Shown: piece after piece, positions 1-9,275 of the stretch
Position numbering within the stretch: position 1 is the stretch's first letter
Layout of the letters: each line of letters opens with the position of its first letter
Source of the DNA: a virus
Length of the DNA stretch: 64,000 bases
Reading direction: 5' to 3' (one strand)
IMG/VR virus record: IMGVR_UViG_3300031788_000007
Location: 14,983-78,982 of that record
Notes under the pieces: model-generated
The model's input: the letters and a program-made list of their open reading frames with translations, nothing else
Databases searched by the model: none
Told to the model about the DNA's origin: nothing
Made by a program: the position numbers and the translations under genes

Positions 1-2
1 TG

Positions 3-1070
3 ATGAAACGAGTGCTGAACCCGAAGTGGATTGGGGAGATCAGTTACGACTTCGACGCTGGCCGGCCGAAGGTGATGGTCCGCGAAGTGGAGCCGACTGC
101 CGACTTGGAGTATCCAAAGCACCACAACCGCTTCAGTGTATGGAAGCGTGAGCGGCCAGGCGCGGTCTATGTCGTAGGGGTGGACGTGAGCCTTGGAAAC
201 GACGGCGGCGACTTCTCATCAGTCACGGTAATCGACATATCTCTAGACCTGCCGAAGGATGAAGTGGTGGCAGTGTGGCACGGCTATATTGATCCCGAGT
301 CGCTGGCTGATGTAACTCTAGCAATTTGCTGGATGTACAACGAGGCTCTGGCGGCCGTGGAAGTAAATTCGATGGGCATGGTGACGAACAACAAGTTGGT
401 CCGCCAGTACGAGTACGAGAACATCTATCGGTACAAGCACCTCGACAAACTGACTCATTGGATGACCGACATTATCGGCTTTTGGACGAATGACAAGACC
501 AAGCGGGCCTTGATGTCGAAGATGTCGAAGACGCTGATTGATGACTTGCTCAACATTCCAGACAAATTCACCGTCGACGAGTTTTATGATTTCACTGAAG
601 ATGGAGCCGAGGGAGACGGGGCTAGGGACGACCTTATGATGAGTCTTCACATCGCTCTTTACTGCGGCCACGAGGCTGAGTACCGCGAGATGCGGGAGGG
701 GACCAGCAAGCAGGAATCGACAAAGCAGCAGAATGAATTCAAAATCCTCGACCGATTCGGTACAATCATTCAGACGACGAACTCGCAGCATGAAGCGGAG
801 CGAGTGTCGAAGAAGAACATCGGAAGCAGTATCGTGAGGACGGCGGGGGCGACCGCTACAGTCAACCTGAAGGGATTGGGGGAAAGGAAAGTACCTAGCG
901 ATTTTCAGAATAGCGAGTACAGCCCTGTGTTTGACGGCAATGGGACGGCTTCGCGCATGTACGAGGACGGGATCGATCCGGAGCTGATAACTCCAGAGGC
1001 GATAGCCCAGTACGAGGCGGATCAGGCGGAACTGGACTCGGATGACGAGAATTCATGGCTTTATCAGTGA
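3..1070 (+). CDS. terL: Terminase large subunit, C-terminal RNase H-like nuclease domain plus ~130-aa extension (5' part probably lies before the window)
   Basis: Motifs YVVGVDVSLG, GDFSSVTV, AVEVNSMG, GFWT...KTK, RDDLMMS typical of TerL nuclease domains; lies upstream of portal. Confidence 0.9.
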   Translation: MKRVLNPKWIGEISYDFDAGRPKVMVREVEPTADLEYPKHHNRFSVWKRERPGAVYVVGVDVSLGNDGGDFSSVTVIDISLDLPKDEVVAVWHGYIDPESLADVTLAICWMYNEALAAVEVNSMGMVTNNKLVRQYEYENIYRYKHLDKLTHWMTDIIGFWTNDKTKRALMSKMSKTLIDDLLNIPDKFTVDEFYDFTEDGAEGDGARDDLMMSLHIALYCGHEAEYREMREGTSKQESTKQQNEFKILDRFGTIIQTTNSQHEAERVSKKNIGSSIVRTAGATATVNLKGLGERKVPSDFQNSEYSPVFDGNGTASRMYEDGIDPELITPEAIAQYEADQAELDSDDENSWLYQ

Positions 1071-1084
1071 AAAAGGAGGAAACA

Positions 1085-1291
1085 ATGGAAAATCAAATGA
1101 AGGTCTGTTTTATCACGCTGGATCAGTACAACAGGATTTGGGCGAAGTTACAGCCACAGGAGAGGTTCGTTGTGGAGATGCCAACACTGGGCCTGATGCA
1201 CAGAAAGGCAAACGCGCTTCTCATTGTCGGGAAGCAGGAAGATTTCATTGCAGACGTGAAGACGGTCATTCGACCAGATTGGTTGGCGTAA
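1085..1291 (+). CDS. Small hypothetical protein
   Basis: AAGGAGGA RBS at 1073-1080 before ATG 1085. Confidence 0.6.
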   Translation: MENQMKVCFITLDQYNRIWAKLQPQERFVVEMPTLGLMHRKANALLIVGKQEDFIADVKTVIRPDWLA

Positions 1292-1293
1292 AC

Positions 1294-1614
1294 ATGGACG
1301 TATCAAGAAGGAAGTTCTTCGGAGTAGGAGCAACAGTAATGGCGGCAGCAGCTATCCCGGCAGTAGCAGCCGAGAAGCCTGCGGACGAGGCCGTAGGGCC
1401 GATGATGTTTGAACATACCTGCGACAGAGGAGCATCGCGACTGACGCCTGAAGAGGTGACGGAGATTCAGAAGGAGGCTCCGTGGATGTATCGAGGCTGC
1501 GGAACACGCTTTCGGTGGTGGTTTGGAATGCCGGTGATCTGCCCGAACTGCGGCTGGCACTATGTGTTCACAATCGAAGATGTGAAGACCAACTTTTACA
1601 AGCGGGTTCAGTAG
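1294..1614 (+). CDS. Small Cys-containing (zinc-ribbon-like) protein with twin-arginine-like signal peptide
   Basis: MDVSRRKFFGVGATVMAAAAIPAVAA N-terminus; later Cys residues including CPNC. Confidence 0.65.
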   Translation: MDVSRRKFFGVGATVMAAAAIPAVAAEKPADEAVGPMMFEHTCDRGASRLTPEEVTEIQKEAPWMYRGCGTRFRWWFGMPVICPNCGWHYVFTIEDVKTNFYKRVQ

Positions 1615-1627
1615 TCCAAATTTTGGA
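1615..1627. repeat. Dispersed palindrome copy 1 (TCCAAATTTTGGA)
   Basis: Directly follows TAG of 1294..1614 and precedes the RBS of 1642. Confidence 0.97.
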
Positions 1628-1641
1628 GCCGAGGAGGGGTT

Positions 1642-1947
1642 ATGGAATGGGTGAAGCGTAGAGTATTCCAGTTTCAAAAAAAAGACCCGTGCCACACGGA
1701 GATTGAGCATGTATGTTTCTTCAGGCTCCGCAGCGACGGGACGATGTGGTATCAGGTGTCGCGGCTCTCAATGGCCGAAATGATTCATCGGCTTCCCGGC
1801 GGGTGGCTACATGATAAGTGGAAGCGGTTCTTGGCAGAGGAAACAAAAGTTCCGAAGGTAACAGTCGAAGAGTTCGATAGAGAGTTCGAGGCTTGCATGA
1901 ACCGTATGCGCGGCGTCGAGGTCGAGTTGATGTTCAAAAACACGTAG
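1642..1947 (+). CDS. Hypothetical protein bracketed by two palindrome copies
   Basis: GAGGAGG RBS; 101-aa ORF. Confidence 0.65.
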   Translation: MEWVKRRVFQFQKKDPCHTEIEHVCFFRLRSDGTMWYQVSRLSMAEMIHRLPGGWLHDKWKRFLAEETKVPKVTVEEFDREFEACMNRMRGVEVELMFKNT

Positions 1948-1960
1948 TCCAAATTTTGGA
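1948..1960. repeat. Dispersed palindrome copy 2 (TCCAAATTTTGGA)
   Basis: Directly follows TAG at 1945-1947. Confidence 0.97.
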
Positions 1961-1977
1961 GTAAGGGGAGGAGAAAG

Positions 1978-2607
1978 ATGCCAGCATTCAAGACGGAATT
2001 TAGCTGTCCGAAGTGCAAGCGTGAAACGGGGCAGTCGAACCAGATTTCAGCCGCCGAGGGAAGGTTGACGTGCCCGGCCAACTCGAATCATCGGTGGGAC
2101 GACACCGCGGCCTTCTACGCAGACGGGCCTCAAATGGAGTTCAAGGTAGGGCCGGCCAAGTTCCCACCTGTTGAGGGGCAGACGCCGATCACCCTGAAGA
2201 TACCCTTGCGGATCAAGACCGATCTATCCGCTCAGTGGGGGAGTGACGAGGCAGTTTCGGCCAGGGTAGCCGACATCCTTTTACAGATGGCCGAGGGCGA
2301 AGTGATGATCCTTGGGATGACAGACAAAGGGCGTCTGTTTGACCGCCTTGGACAGAAGTTCTCAAATTCCAGTGAACTTGTTGGCATAGTCTATGCGAAG
2401 ATGTGTGAAGTAGACGAAGCCAAGGGTGAGCGGGACGCAGCCGTAGAAGACCTAAAGGCTTACGAGTCGAGGTCGCCGGGGAGGGTTATCGTGGATTTGG
2501 GAGACCAGTTCGCAACCGCTCAGGCGAAGGCTAAGGATGCGGAGACCCCACTCAAGCTCTGGATCGAAGAGCGGACACGGATGGCACTTCAAGAGAACTG
2601 GTTTTGA
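1978..2607 (+). CDS. Zinc-ribbon protein with possible ribbon-helix-helix DNA-binding segments
   Basis: CPKC...CPANSNH; TPITLKIP and RVIVDLGD...PLKLWI resemble RHH strands and helices; strong RBS. Confidence 0.6.
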   Translation: MPAFKTEFSCPKCKRETGQSNQISAAEGRLTCPANSNHRWDDTAAFYADGPQMEFKVGPAKFPPVEGQTPITLKIPLRIKTDLSAQWGSDEAVSARVADILLQMAEGEVMILGMTDKGRLFDRLGQKFSNSSELVGIVYAKMCEVDEAKGERDAAVEDLKAYESRSPGRVIVDLGDQFATAQAKAKDAETPLKLWIEERTRMALQENWF

Positions 2608-2618
2608 TAGGAACTCCA

Positions 2619-4454
2619 ATGACGCTGGACGATTTTCCCGAGATAAGGCAGAAGCCGAGCGAGGAAGATAAGCGGACCTCCTCACGAGCCGAGTATTACA
2701 TCCAACTCAACAACTGGTGCGATTCGGTTGTAGAGGAGGGGATAGCACTCCAGCAGGACGTTCCTGAACTCAAGGACATCTCTAACGCCCTCGACTATCT
2801 GGTAGGGATGCAGTGGAAGGATGCAATGCCTTCCTACCGGGCGAAGCCGGTCTCGAACGAGTTCTTATCGATGTTCTGGGAGACGGTTGGGCTCATCACG
2901 GACATCCGGCCCACCTCGCACATCGTCGACATCTCCAACGACGGCAAGTATTCCGAGATTCAGAAAATCCTCAACAACTTGAATAAGGGCTGGGTATCGA
3001 CCTCCGGGTACGAGCGCCGGATGGCGTTCTGCATCATGTGGGCGATGTTCACTTCGGCGCCGGCCATGCTGTACTATAACCCGTTCGCCAGGGGAGACAG
3101 CGGCGATCCCGAAGACGGCGACTTGACCCTTGAGGCTCTGCCGCCAAGCTCGATTCTGCGGTTGGGGATGGGTGAAGACCTTCAGGAAGACGAGTGCGTA
3201 GTCTATCGCAAGATGCGGACGCTAGCGTGGATCAAGCGGGCCTACCCGACGATGGGCAAGTATGTTCAGGCCGAGGAGACCAAGAGCCGGTACACGGTCG
3301 ACGTACAGAGTCCGATGGGCGTATCGCCGCAGTTGTACCCACCGCTATCGCCGGGCATGAAGCGGCTTTTAGGGGCAGGTGACAAACAATCCTACGAGAG
3401 CAACTTCCCCCAGGCCGAAGTGCAGCAGTTTCACCGGAAAGACGACTCGATCAATGAGGGTCGAGACAAGATTTGGATGGGTCCAAAGGGCGCACCTTGG
3501 GGATACTGGGTCGAGCCGGGGAAGAAGTTGTACCCCAGAGGCCGCTTATTCATCCGGGCCAACCGGGTCACCCTGTACGACCAGCCAAACCCCTACTTCC
3601 ATCGGAAGAAGCCGTTCGCCTCTCTTGGGTTGTACGGAGTGCCGTGGCAGCAGTACGCGATGAGCGTAGTGAAGCCTTGGATGAGCCAGCAGGACATCTT
3701 GAATCAGATGATGGCTGGGATGCTCCAGACGGTAAAGAAGGCGATCAACCCTGCCTTGATGGCGGCCAAGTCAGCTATCAATCCAGCCGCGATGAAGGCG
3801 ATCGACAGTTCCAAGCCGGGGTTGAAGATCACCTACAGCCAGAACGCGCCACATCCCCCAACGTGGCAGACGCCTCCAGTTCTGCCAACCTACGTCCTGC
3901 AAATCTACACGCAGATTCTCCAATCGATGAAGCAGAGTTCTGGAGCCGCGGCAATCGGGGATGCGCTCGGGAAGAAGCAGGTTCCTTCAGGAGACTCTCT
4001 CGACAAGATTCAGATGGCGAAGAACACCCCGATCCGGGTCATGGGCCGCAGCGTGGAATGGTTTGCCGACGACATTGGTCAACAGTGGTGCGCTGACGCC
4101 TTGCAGTTCTACAGCGCCGAGCGCCGGATGGAGTTGCTGGGCATGGCCGGTCTCACGAAGGAAGACATGGACGACAGGCCAGGTTCGCTCATCCCTGATG
4201 GAATCCAGTCAGAGGCATTCGTAAGGCGCTACCACTATCGCACGGAGCGCGGAACCCTACTCCACGTCGAGCAGCAGGAGCGTGTTCCGATTGCGTTCGC
4301 TCTACGCAAGGGACGCGACCTATCTCGGAAGCAGGTATTCAAGATCCTCAAGTGGAATATCGACCAACAGGCCAACGATGAAGAGTTGAAGGCTGAGGCC
4401 GCGGCAATGGCTCAGGCCCAAGCCGGCGCACCACCGAAAGCGGGGCATAAGTGA
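2619..4454 (+). CDS. Portal protein (P22-like)
   Basis: ~611 aa between terL and scaffold/capsid; NPYFH..PF, SQQDILNQMM..MLQTVK, QSSG segments typical of podovirus portals. Confidence 0.85.
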   Translation: MTLDDFPEIRQKPSEEDKRTSSRAEYYIQLNNWCDSVVEEGIALQQDVPELKDISNALDYLVGMQWKDAMPSYRAKPVSNEFLSMFWETVGLITDIRPTSHIVDISNDGKYSEIQKILNNLNKGWVSTSGYERRMAFCIMWAMFTSAPAMLYYNPFARGDSGDPEDGDLTLEALPPSSILRLGMGEDLQEDECVVYRKMRTLAWIKRAYPTMGKYVQAEETKSRYTVDVQSPMGVSPQLYPPLSPGMKRLLGAGDKQSYESNFPQAEVQQFHRKDDSINEGRDKIWMGPKGAPWGYWVEPGKKLYPRGRLFIRANRVTLYDQPNPYFHRKKPFASLGLYGVPWQQYAMSVVKPWMSQQDILNQMMAGMLQTVKKAINPALMAAKSAINPAAMKAIDSSKPGLKITYSQNAPHPPTWQTPPVLPTYVLQIYTQILQSMKQSSGAAAIGDALGKKQVPSGDSLDKIQMAKNTPIRVMGRSVEWFADDIGQQWCADALQFYSAERRMELLGMAGLTKEDMDDRPGSLIPDGIQSEAFVRRYHYRTERGTLLHVEQQERVPIAFALRKGRDLSRKQVFKILKWNIDQQANDEELKAEAAAMAQAQAGAPPKAGHK

Positions 4455-4624
4455 TGGCCGATTCAGAAATGAGCAAAAAGATAGCCGAGCAGGACATCCC
4501 GAGAATCCTTGCCGCGATTAAGAATGGGGTTGATTCCAAACAGTATTGGACATTGACGATCAAAGGCACTGACAACGGCGGGATCATCGACATTCGGCTA
4601 GTGAAAGAGCAGAGCTTCAAGTAG
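4454..4624 (+). CDS. Small hypothetical protein (56 aa) coupled to the portal gene
   Basis: TGATG overlap; reads MADSEMSKKIAEQDIPRILAAIKNG...EQSFK*. Confidence 0.6.
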   Translation: MADSEMSKKIAEQDIPRILAAIKNGVDSKQYWTLTIKGTDNGGIIDIRLVKEQSFK

Positions 4625-4730
4625 TAATTTTGCAGGCGTGTTAAGAAATCGCTTGACGAAGCACGGACTGCGGATAATGATTCTCACAGGGCAAGAGTAG
4701 CGGTTACCGAGAAATCGGAGAGGCCGCAGC

Positions 4731-4770
4731 AGCCGCGCAAGGGAGAAATCCTGAGTGCGGCTTTTCTTTT
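4731..4770 (+). terminator. Intrinsic terminator-like hairpin
   Basis: AGCCGCGC...GTGCGGCT followed by TTTCTTTT. Confidence 0.6.
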
Positions 4771-4881
4771 GTCCGAGAGGCCCCAAATCTTTCCTGGGGG
4801 CAACCTCAGCGGTGGAGGCCGCCGGCCGAGCGATCGGTCGCAATAAAAAACCCAGGGGGCAACCCCGGAAAGGACTACACC

Positions 4882-4932
4882 ATGGCACGCAAAAAGGGCC
4901 GCAAGGGTGGACGGAAGCACGGCCGCAAGTAG
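4882..4932 (+). CDS. 16-aa protamine-like peptide MARKKGRKGGRKHGRK
   Basis: GAAAGGA RBS at 4868-4874, ATG 4882, TAG 4930-4932, GC hairpin downstream. Confidence 0.6.
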   Translation: MARKKGRKGGRKHGRK

Positions 4933-5002
4933 TTCGCGGCAGTCAGCAGTAAACGGGGGGCGTTAACAGCGCCCCTCCATCACACCTCAAGGGGAGCATC
5001 CA

Positions 5003-5197
5003 ATGAAGAAGTCAGGCATGGCCGAGAACATCGAGCAGGGCCACTACCTTGCTACCCCAAGCCCAAAATTGGGCAAGGGAACCTTCGATCAGGTGGGGAC
5101 TTTCATAGACGAAGGCGAAATGACAACCACCACGCCAAAGGGCACGAGCGTCAACGTGAAGACCGGCAAGCTCCAGAACAACGAGAACGGATTCTAG
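5003..5197 (+). CDS. Small virion-region hypothetical protein
   Basis: AAGGGGAG RBS; lies between portal and scaffold. Confidence 0.65.
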   Translation: MKKSGMAENIEQGHYLATPSPKLGKGTFDQVGTFIDEGEMTTTTPKGTSVNVKTGKLQNNENGF

Positions 5198-5200
5198 TCC

Positions 5201-5530
5201 ATGCCTCCAATGACACAGCCGCCGATGGCGCCGGATGTTCAAGCCCAGATGGGTGCTGGACCGCAGTTTGGGGCGGGCGTTGGTCAGGCGCAGCAGCAGA
5301 TGGGGAAGAATCCGATTGAGCTTGCCGTGGGCACCGTGGAGAAAATCCTCAACGGGATTCAGGATGAAGCGATGCGCCCCTTCATTCAGAAGGCACTCGC
5401 CACCCTCAAGGTAGGTTTGGCGCAAGCACAGCAAAAACAACCACAGTCGGCCGGTATGGGGGCACCGCCTCCAGGTGGAGGCCCACCTCAGATACCGACG
5501 CCACCGACTCCGGGGCAGATGCCGGGGTAG
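5201..5530 (+). CDS. Pro/Gln/Gly-rich virion-region protein
   Basis: 109-aa ORF in the head operon. Confidence 0.7.
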   Translation: MPPMTQPPMAPDVQAQMGAGPQFGAGVGQAQQQMGKNPIELAVGTVEKILNGIQDEAMRPFIQKALATLKVGLAQAQQKQPQSAGMGAPPPGGGPPQIPTPPTPGQMPG

Positions 5531-5615
5531 GCAACGATAACAGGTAAGCAGTCGGAAACGGCGATCTTATCCCGAGCTTCGCGGAACCCGAAAGGGAAGC
5601 GAGGAAGGAAGTTAG

Positions 5616-6557
5616 ATGGCAGTCCAAACGTGGGAAGAAATTGTATCGGCAGCGCAGCTTAGTGCTGATGAACGCAAGCTCCTTGACAACATCGTGCAGA
5701 AAGTCCCCGAGTTCAAAGATGGGCGGCTTCGGCAAGCGGACTACAGCCGGAAACTGACTGAGTTGCAGACGCAAGAGAAGGAATACACAGAAGCTCTTGC
5801 ATACAACCAGAAGATGAAGGTGTGGGCTGACGAAAAGGTTCCGATCTGGGAATCCCTTGTAGAGCAAGGGGTGATCGACGAGGAATCGAAACCGTTATGG
5901 CCTGAAGAGAAGGCCAGGCTTGCAGCAGAACTTGAAGCGGCTAAGAAGGCAGCAGTTGGAGGCGAGATGGACCCGGCAGAGTTGGACAAGCGAGTGAAGG
6001 AAATCGTGGTGGCATCGGGCTTGAGCCTGAACGCCGAGCAATATCGAAACCTCTACGCCAGCGAGGGAAAGAAGTTGGTGGAAGAGACGATCAACGCCAA
6101 GTACACGGAGTTCGAGAAGAACTTCAACGAAAAGACGATTCCATTCACGACCGGATTCGCAACGTCCATGGCGATCATGGCGAACAAGTTTGAGAAGGAA
6201 ACCGGGAAAGAGTTCACCGACGAAGATCAGAAGGCAGTATTCGATCTGATGTCGAAGGAGAAGGACTTCAATCCCAGGACCGCCGTGGAGAAGTACATGG
6301 AACCAACAGTCCGCGAGAAGAAGACGGCGGCCGACATTGAGCGGCTGGCTGAGGAGCGGGCGAACAAGATCATTGCCGAGCGCGGCGGTTTGCCGGGCGG
6401 CGGCAGCGAGGGTCACTTCCCAACAGGCGAAGCAAGGGGCAGTCTGCAAAAGATGTTGGAGCAAAGCGCCAAGGAGGGTGAGGGCGACGTTGAATCACTC
6501 ACCATGGCGGCGGCAAGAACAGCGGCGGCCGAACTTCGGAGTGTTGGCAAGTTTTAG
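5616..6557 (+). CDS. Capsid scaffolding protein
   Basis: LRQADYSRK motif, acidic coiled coil, directly upstream of the capsid gene. Confidence 0.8.
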   Translation: MAVQTWEEIVSAAQLSADERKLLDNIVQKVPEFKDGRLRQADYSRKLTELQTQEKEYTEALAYNQKMKVWADEKVPIWESLVEQGVIDEESKPLWPEEKARLAAELEAAKKAAVGGEMDPAELDKRVKEIVVASGLSLNAEQYRNLYASEGKKLVEETINAKYTEFEKNFNEKTIPFTTGFATSMAIMANKFEKETGKEFTDEDQKAVFDLMSKEKDFNPRTAVEKYMEPTVREKKTAADIERLAEERANKIIAERGGLPGGGSEGHFPTGEARGSLQKMLEQSAKEGEGDVESLTMAAARTAAAELRSVGKF

Positions 6558-6784
6558 GTGGTGAGGCAGGCGGGACGCCTTGAGTTCCCGCAACTGCAAT
6601 TCTCCAAGGAAGCATGGGTCCATGCGGAGCCTGAAGGGATAGCAGGGATGAGTTGAACGGGAAGCCGAGAGGCCGAGCCTGTGAGACTAGGGCGACAACG
6701 GCGAAGGCCGCGGTAATCAAACATCTCTGGCCCAATAGGGCGCTCGACAAGGGCTCAACCCGAGTCGAAGAAAGCAAAGGGCTT

Positions 6785-7753
6785 ATGCTTACGTGGAATG
6801 ATCTCACGGGCAAAACGAACGATCATATCGTTCCGATCATCACCGACAACGTGTTCAAGTCTTCGCCGGTATTCACCCGCCTCCGCAAAAAGCGGAGATT
6901 CGCATTTCCCGGCGGCTTGACCATTCGCCATAACATCATGTACGCGCCGCTGAAGGGCGGGTTCTTCCAGCGCGGCCAAGCCTTTGACACCTCGGCAGTG
7001 CAGACGGACACGGCTCTTCAGTTCAACCTGAAGTACGCCTATGTGAACGTCACGCTGTATGGTGTGGATCAGGTTCTCAACCGCGGCGCAGAAGCCGCGA
7101 TGAGTTACGTCTCCTCGAAGATGGTGAACGCTTCGGGCACGATGGCCCAGATCCTCGGCACCTCGGTCTTCGGTGACGGCCAGGGTACGCTGAACTCAAC
7201 TCTTGAGTTGGATGGTTTATCGGCGGCTGTTGACAACGGCGTGAACTACGCAACTTATGGTGGCATCACCCGGTCGGACATCTCCAGCACAGCGAACACT
7301 GGCATCAACTCTTACTATGCGGCGCCATCGGCCTTTAACCTTTCTCAAATCCAGACAGCCTTTGGTGCGAGTTGGTTTGGGCAGGAGAAGCCGGACATGC
7401 TGCCGACCACGCAGCCGGTGTGGGATGCGTTCTGGAACAAGCTCCAGCCGCAGCAACGGTTCAACGACGAGACCTCCGACGTTCACGTTGGCTTCAAGTC
7501 GTTCAACTGGAACGGTGCGCAGGTGGTGGTTGACCAGTACCTCTCGGTCCTGGGCGGAACCTACACGATGTTTGGTCTCAACACCAACTACATCTACCTG
7601 TACGTCTCCGATGTGCCGAAGTACCAGTTTGGATTTACGGGCTGGAAGGAAGCGCAGAACACCGACGATGTGGCCGGACAGTATATGTTCGGTGGCAACA
7701 TGGTTGTTGCCGCATCTCGCTTGATGTTCAGAGAGGCATTCACGGCCCTGTAA
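6785..7753 (+). CDS. Major capsid protein
   Basis: ~322 aa; ITDNVFKSSPVF, GDG..NSTLELDGL, YGGITRS, LQPQQRF..VGFKSFNWNGAQVVVDQY typical of this MCP family. Confidence 0.9.
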   Translation: MLTWNDLTGKTNDHIVPIITDNVFKSSPVFTRLRKKRRFAFPGGLTIRHNIMYAPLKGGFFQRGQAFDTSAVQTDTALQFNLKYAYVNVTLYGVDQVLNRGAEAAMSYVSSKMVNASGTMAQILGTSVFGDGQGTLNSTLELDGLSAAVDNGVNYATYGGITRSDISSTANTGINSYYAAPSAFNLSQIQTAFGASWFGQEKPDMLPTTQPVWDAFWNKLQPQQRFNDETSDVHVGFKSFNWNGAQVVVDQYLSVLGGTYTMFGLNTNYIYLYVSDVPKYQFGFTGWKEAQNTDDVAGQYMFGGNMVVAASRLMFREAFTAL

Positions 7754-7778
7754 TCGGCCTGATTGAGAGGACAAGACA

Positions 7779-8450
7779 ATGGCATTTTTGAATTCGTCGA
7801 ATCAACTTATCCAGATCGACACTGGGAACGCACTCACCTACTGCTACAACCCATCTTTGGGGCTCGGCGCGGTGGCTGCCTATTCGGGACTCGGGCAAAT
7901 CCAGGTTCTCGGCCAGAGGTACGTGGGGTATTCCGCGGCATACACTTCCACGAATCCCTACGGATACCCGTCAGCCTCCAACCCGGCTGGCTCTCCGGCG
8001 GTCTACGTACAGGCGAAGTATCTGGCGACTTCGGCACTCTCGCTGGCAAACTGGCAGGCGGCCAATGCTCCGGCGCCTGTGTACTGGACAGACAACACGT
8101 TTACCACGGTCACCGGCATCACCACCGAAGCCTTGGGGGGAACGACTCTCGGGTTGAACTTCCCGGCCGGCTTTATGATGGTCAACTATGCCTCGGCGCC
8201 GAAGTTGACGCTGGCGCAGTTGCTTGGCGGGTATGTGTTGGTGCAGGTGGCCGGTTACCTCAAGGGAGCCTACATTTCAGGCACATCAGCCCCCGGTATC
8301 GGATCTTCGATCATCCCGGTAGCTGGCACCCTGAGCGCGAACTCACTTGCGGCCGGCACGGCCCCAACCTACCGTCCATTCGGCCGGCAACTCACAGCGT
8401 TGGTCAGCACCAACTACTGCGATGTCATGGTCGAGTCCGACAACTTCTAA
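7779..8450 (+). CDS. Capsid decoration/cement-like protein
   Basis: Directly after MCP, A/G/T-rich, GYVLVQVAG motif. Confidence 0.65.
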   Translation: MAFLNSSNQLIQIDTGNALTYCYNPSLGLGAVAAYSGLGQIQVLGQRYVGYSAAYTSTNPYGYPSASNPAGSPAVYVQAKYLATSALSLANWQAANAPAPVYWTDNTFTTVTGITTEALGGTTLGLNFPAGFMMVNYASAPKLTLAQLLGGYVLVQVAGYLKGAYISGTSAPGIGSSIIPVAGTLSANSLAAGTAPTYRPFGRQLTALVSTNYCDVMVESDNF

Positions 8451-8462
8451 CCGGAGGGCAGC

Positions 8463-8816
8463 ATGGGTTACGTAATCACGAAACAGCCCGACGGCGATGT
8501 AAGCTGGGGGAACCTAAACGGCGAGTTAGTGTCGCTGTCGGATTCCGTCTCGGATTACGCCACCGGAGGGTACGCAATCATCAGCGGGGAGACGGCGAAT
8601 ACCAACAACACGCCGCAACTCATCAACTGCGACCTCTGGCGCATCCTTACCCTTATCCCGGTTGGTGGGCAAGGCGGATTCCAGCCTGTTTGGAATCCCA
8701 ACACGCAGAAGATGCAGGTGTACTGCAATGGATCACTAAACGGTCCAGACAACGAAGTAGCCAACGGTTATGACTTGTCGGGGTACGTGTTTCAGTTCTT
8801 CTTGTTCGGGTACTAA
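8463..8816 (+). CDS. Small virion structural protein
   Basis: SDYATGG, EVANGYDLS motifs seen in head-associated proteins; RBS GGAGG. Confidence 0.6.
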   Translation: MGYVITKQPDGDVSWGNLNGELVSLSDSVSDYATGGYAIISGETANTNNTPQLINCDLWRILTLIPVGGQGGFQPVWNPNTQKMQVYCNGSLNGPDNEVANGYDLSGYVFQFFLFGY

Positions 8817-8835
8817 GCCCTTCGGGGCAATTACC

Positions 8836-8869
8836 GGGGGGCCGCTCTTTACCGGGCGGCCTTTCGTTT
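8836..8869 (+). terminator. Intrinsic terminator after the capsid genes
   Basis: GGGGGGCCGCTC...GGGCGGCCTTTC followed by GTTT. Confidence 0.65.
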
Positions 8870-8882
8870 GTAGGAGGGTGTC

Positions 8883-9272
8883 ATGTACGGATACGCATAC
8901 GGGTTTCTTCCAATGCAGTTGCTTGACAGCTACGACGACGATGGCCCCTCTCTCGGAGAACACGTCTCAGAGACGAAGCGTGAAACAAAACAAGGCAAGA
9001 GCGACAGGGCGAAGAGTACCGCGGGCGCGATTGGAAGTTCCCTGAGTAGCATGGGAAAAGACGAATCCGACCGTGCATCGTCGATCTCGCAAAACATCCG
9101 TCCGGTCCAGTACCGCAAGGGTGGCAAGGTCCGCAAGACGGGCCGAGCCATCGTCCACAAGAATGAGCGTGTAATCCCTGCCAGCAAGCGCAAGAAGGCC
9201 GAGAAGGTCATGCGGAAGGCTGGGATGAGGCTCACGAATAAGAAGGGCCGGAAGTCTTCAGGGAGGTCGTAG
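8883..9272 (+). CDS. Basic virion-region protein
   Basis: YRKGGKVRKTGRAIVHKNERVIP motif; K/R-rich tail. Confidence 0.7.
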   Translation: MYGYAYGFLPMQLLDSYDDDGPSLGEHVSETKRETKQGKSDRAKSTAGAIGSSLSSMGKDESDRASSISQNIRPVQYRKGGKVRKTGRAIVHKNERVIPASKRKKAEKVMRKAGMRLTNKKGRKSSGRS

Positions 9273-9275
9273 CCT

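Noticed and set aside
1740-1800. Portal-mimic fragment (YQVSRLSMAEMIHRLP vs portal YRKMRTLAWIKRAYP)
   Set aside because: Similarity too weak to support by eye
4653-4680. Sigma70 promoter TTGACG...GATAAT
   Set aside because: Spacer is 14 bp; no -10 match at 16-18 bp
5061-5074. GCCCAAAATTGGGC as another motif copy
   Set aside because: Shorter core and different arms; not counted
6653-6784. N-terminal extension of the capsid protein from the ORF track
   Set aside because: TTG start without convincing RBS; the region looks like structured RNA; ATG 6785 fits the family better
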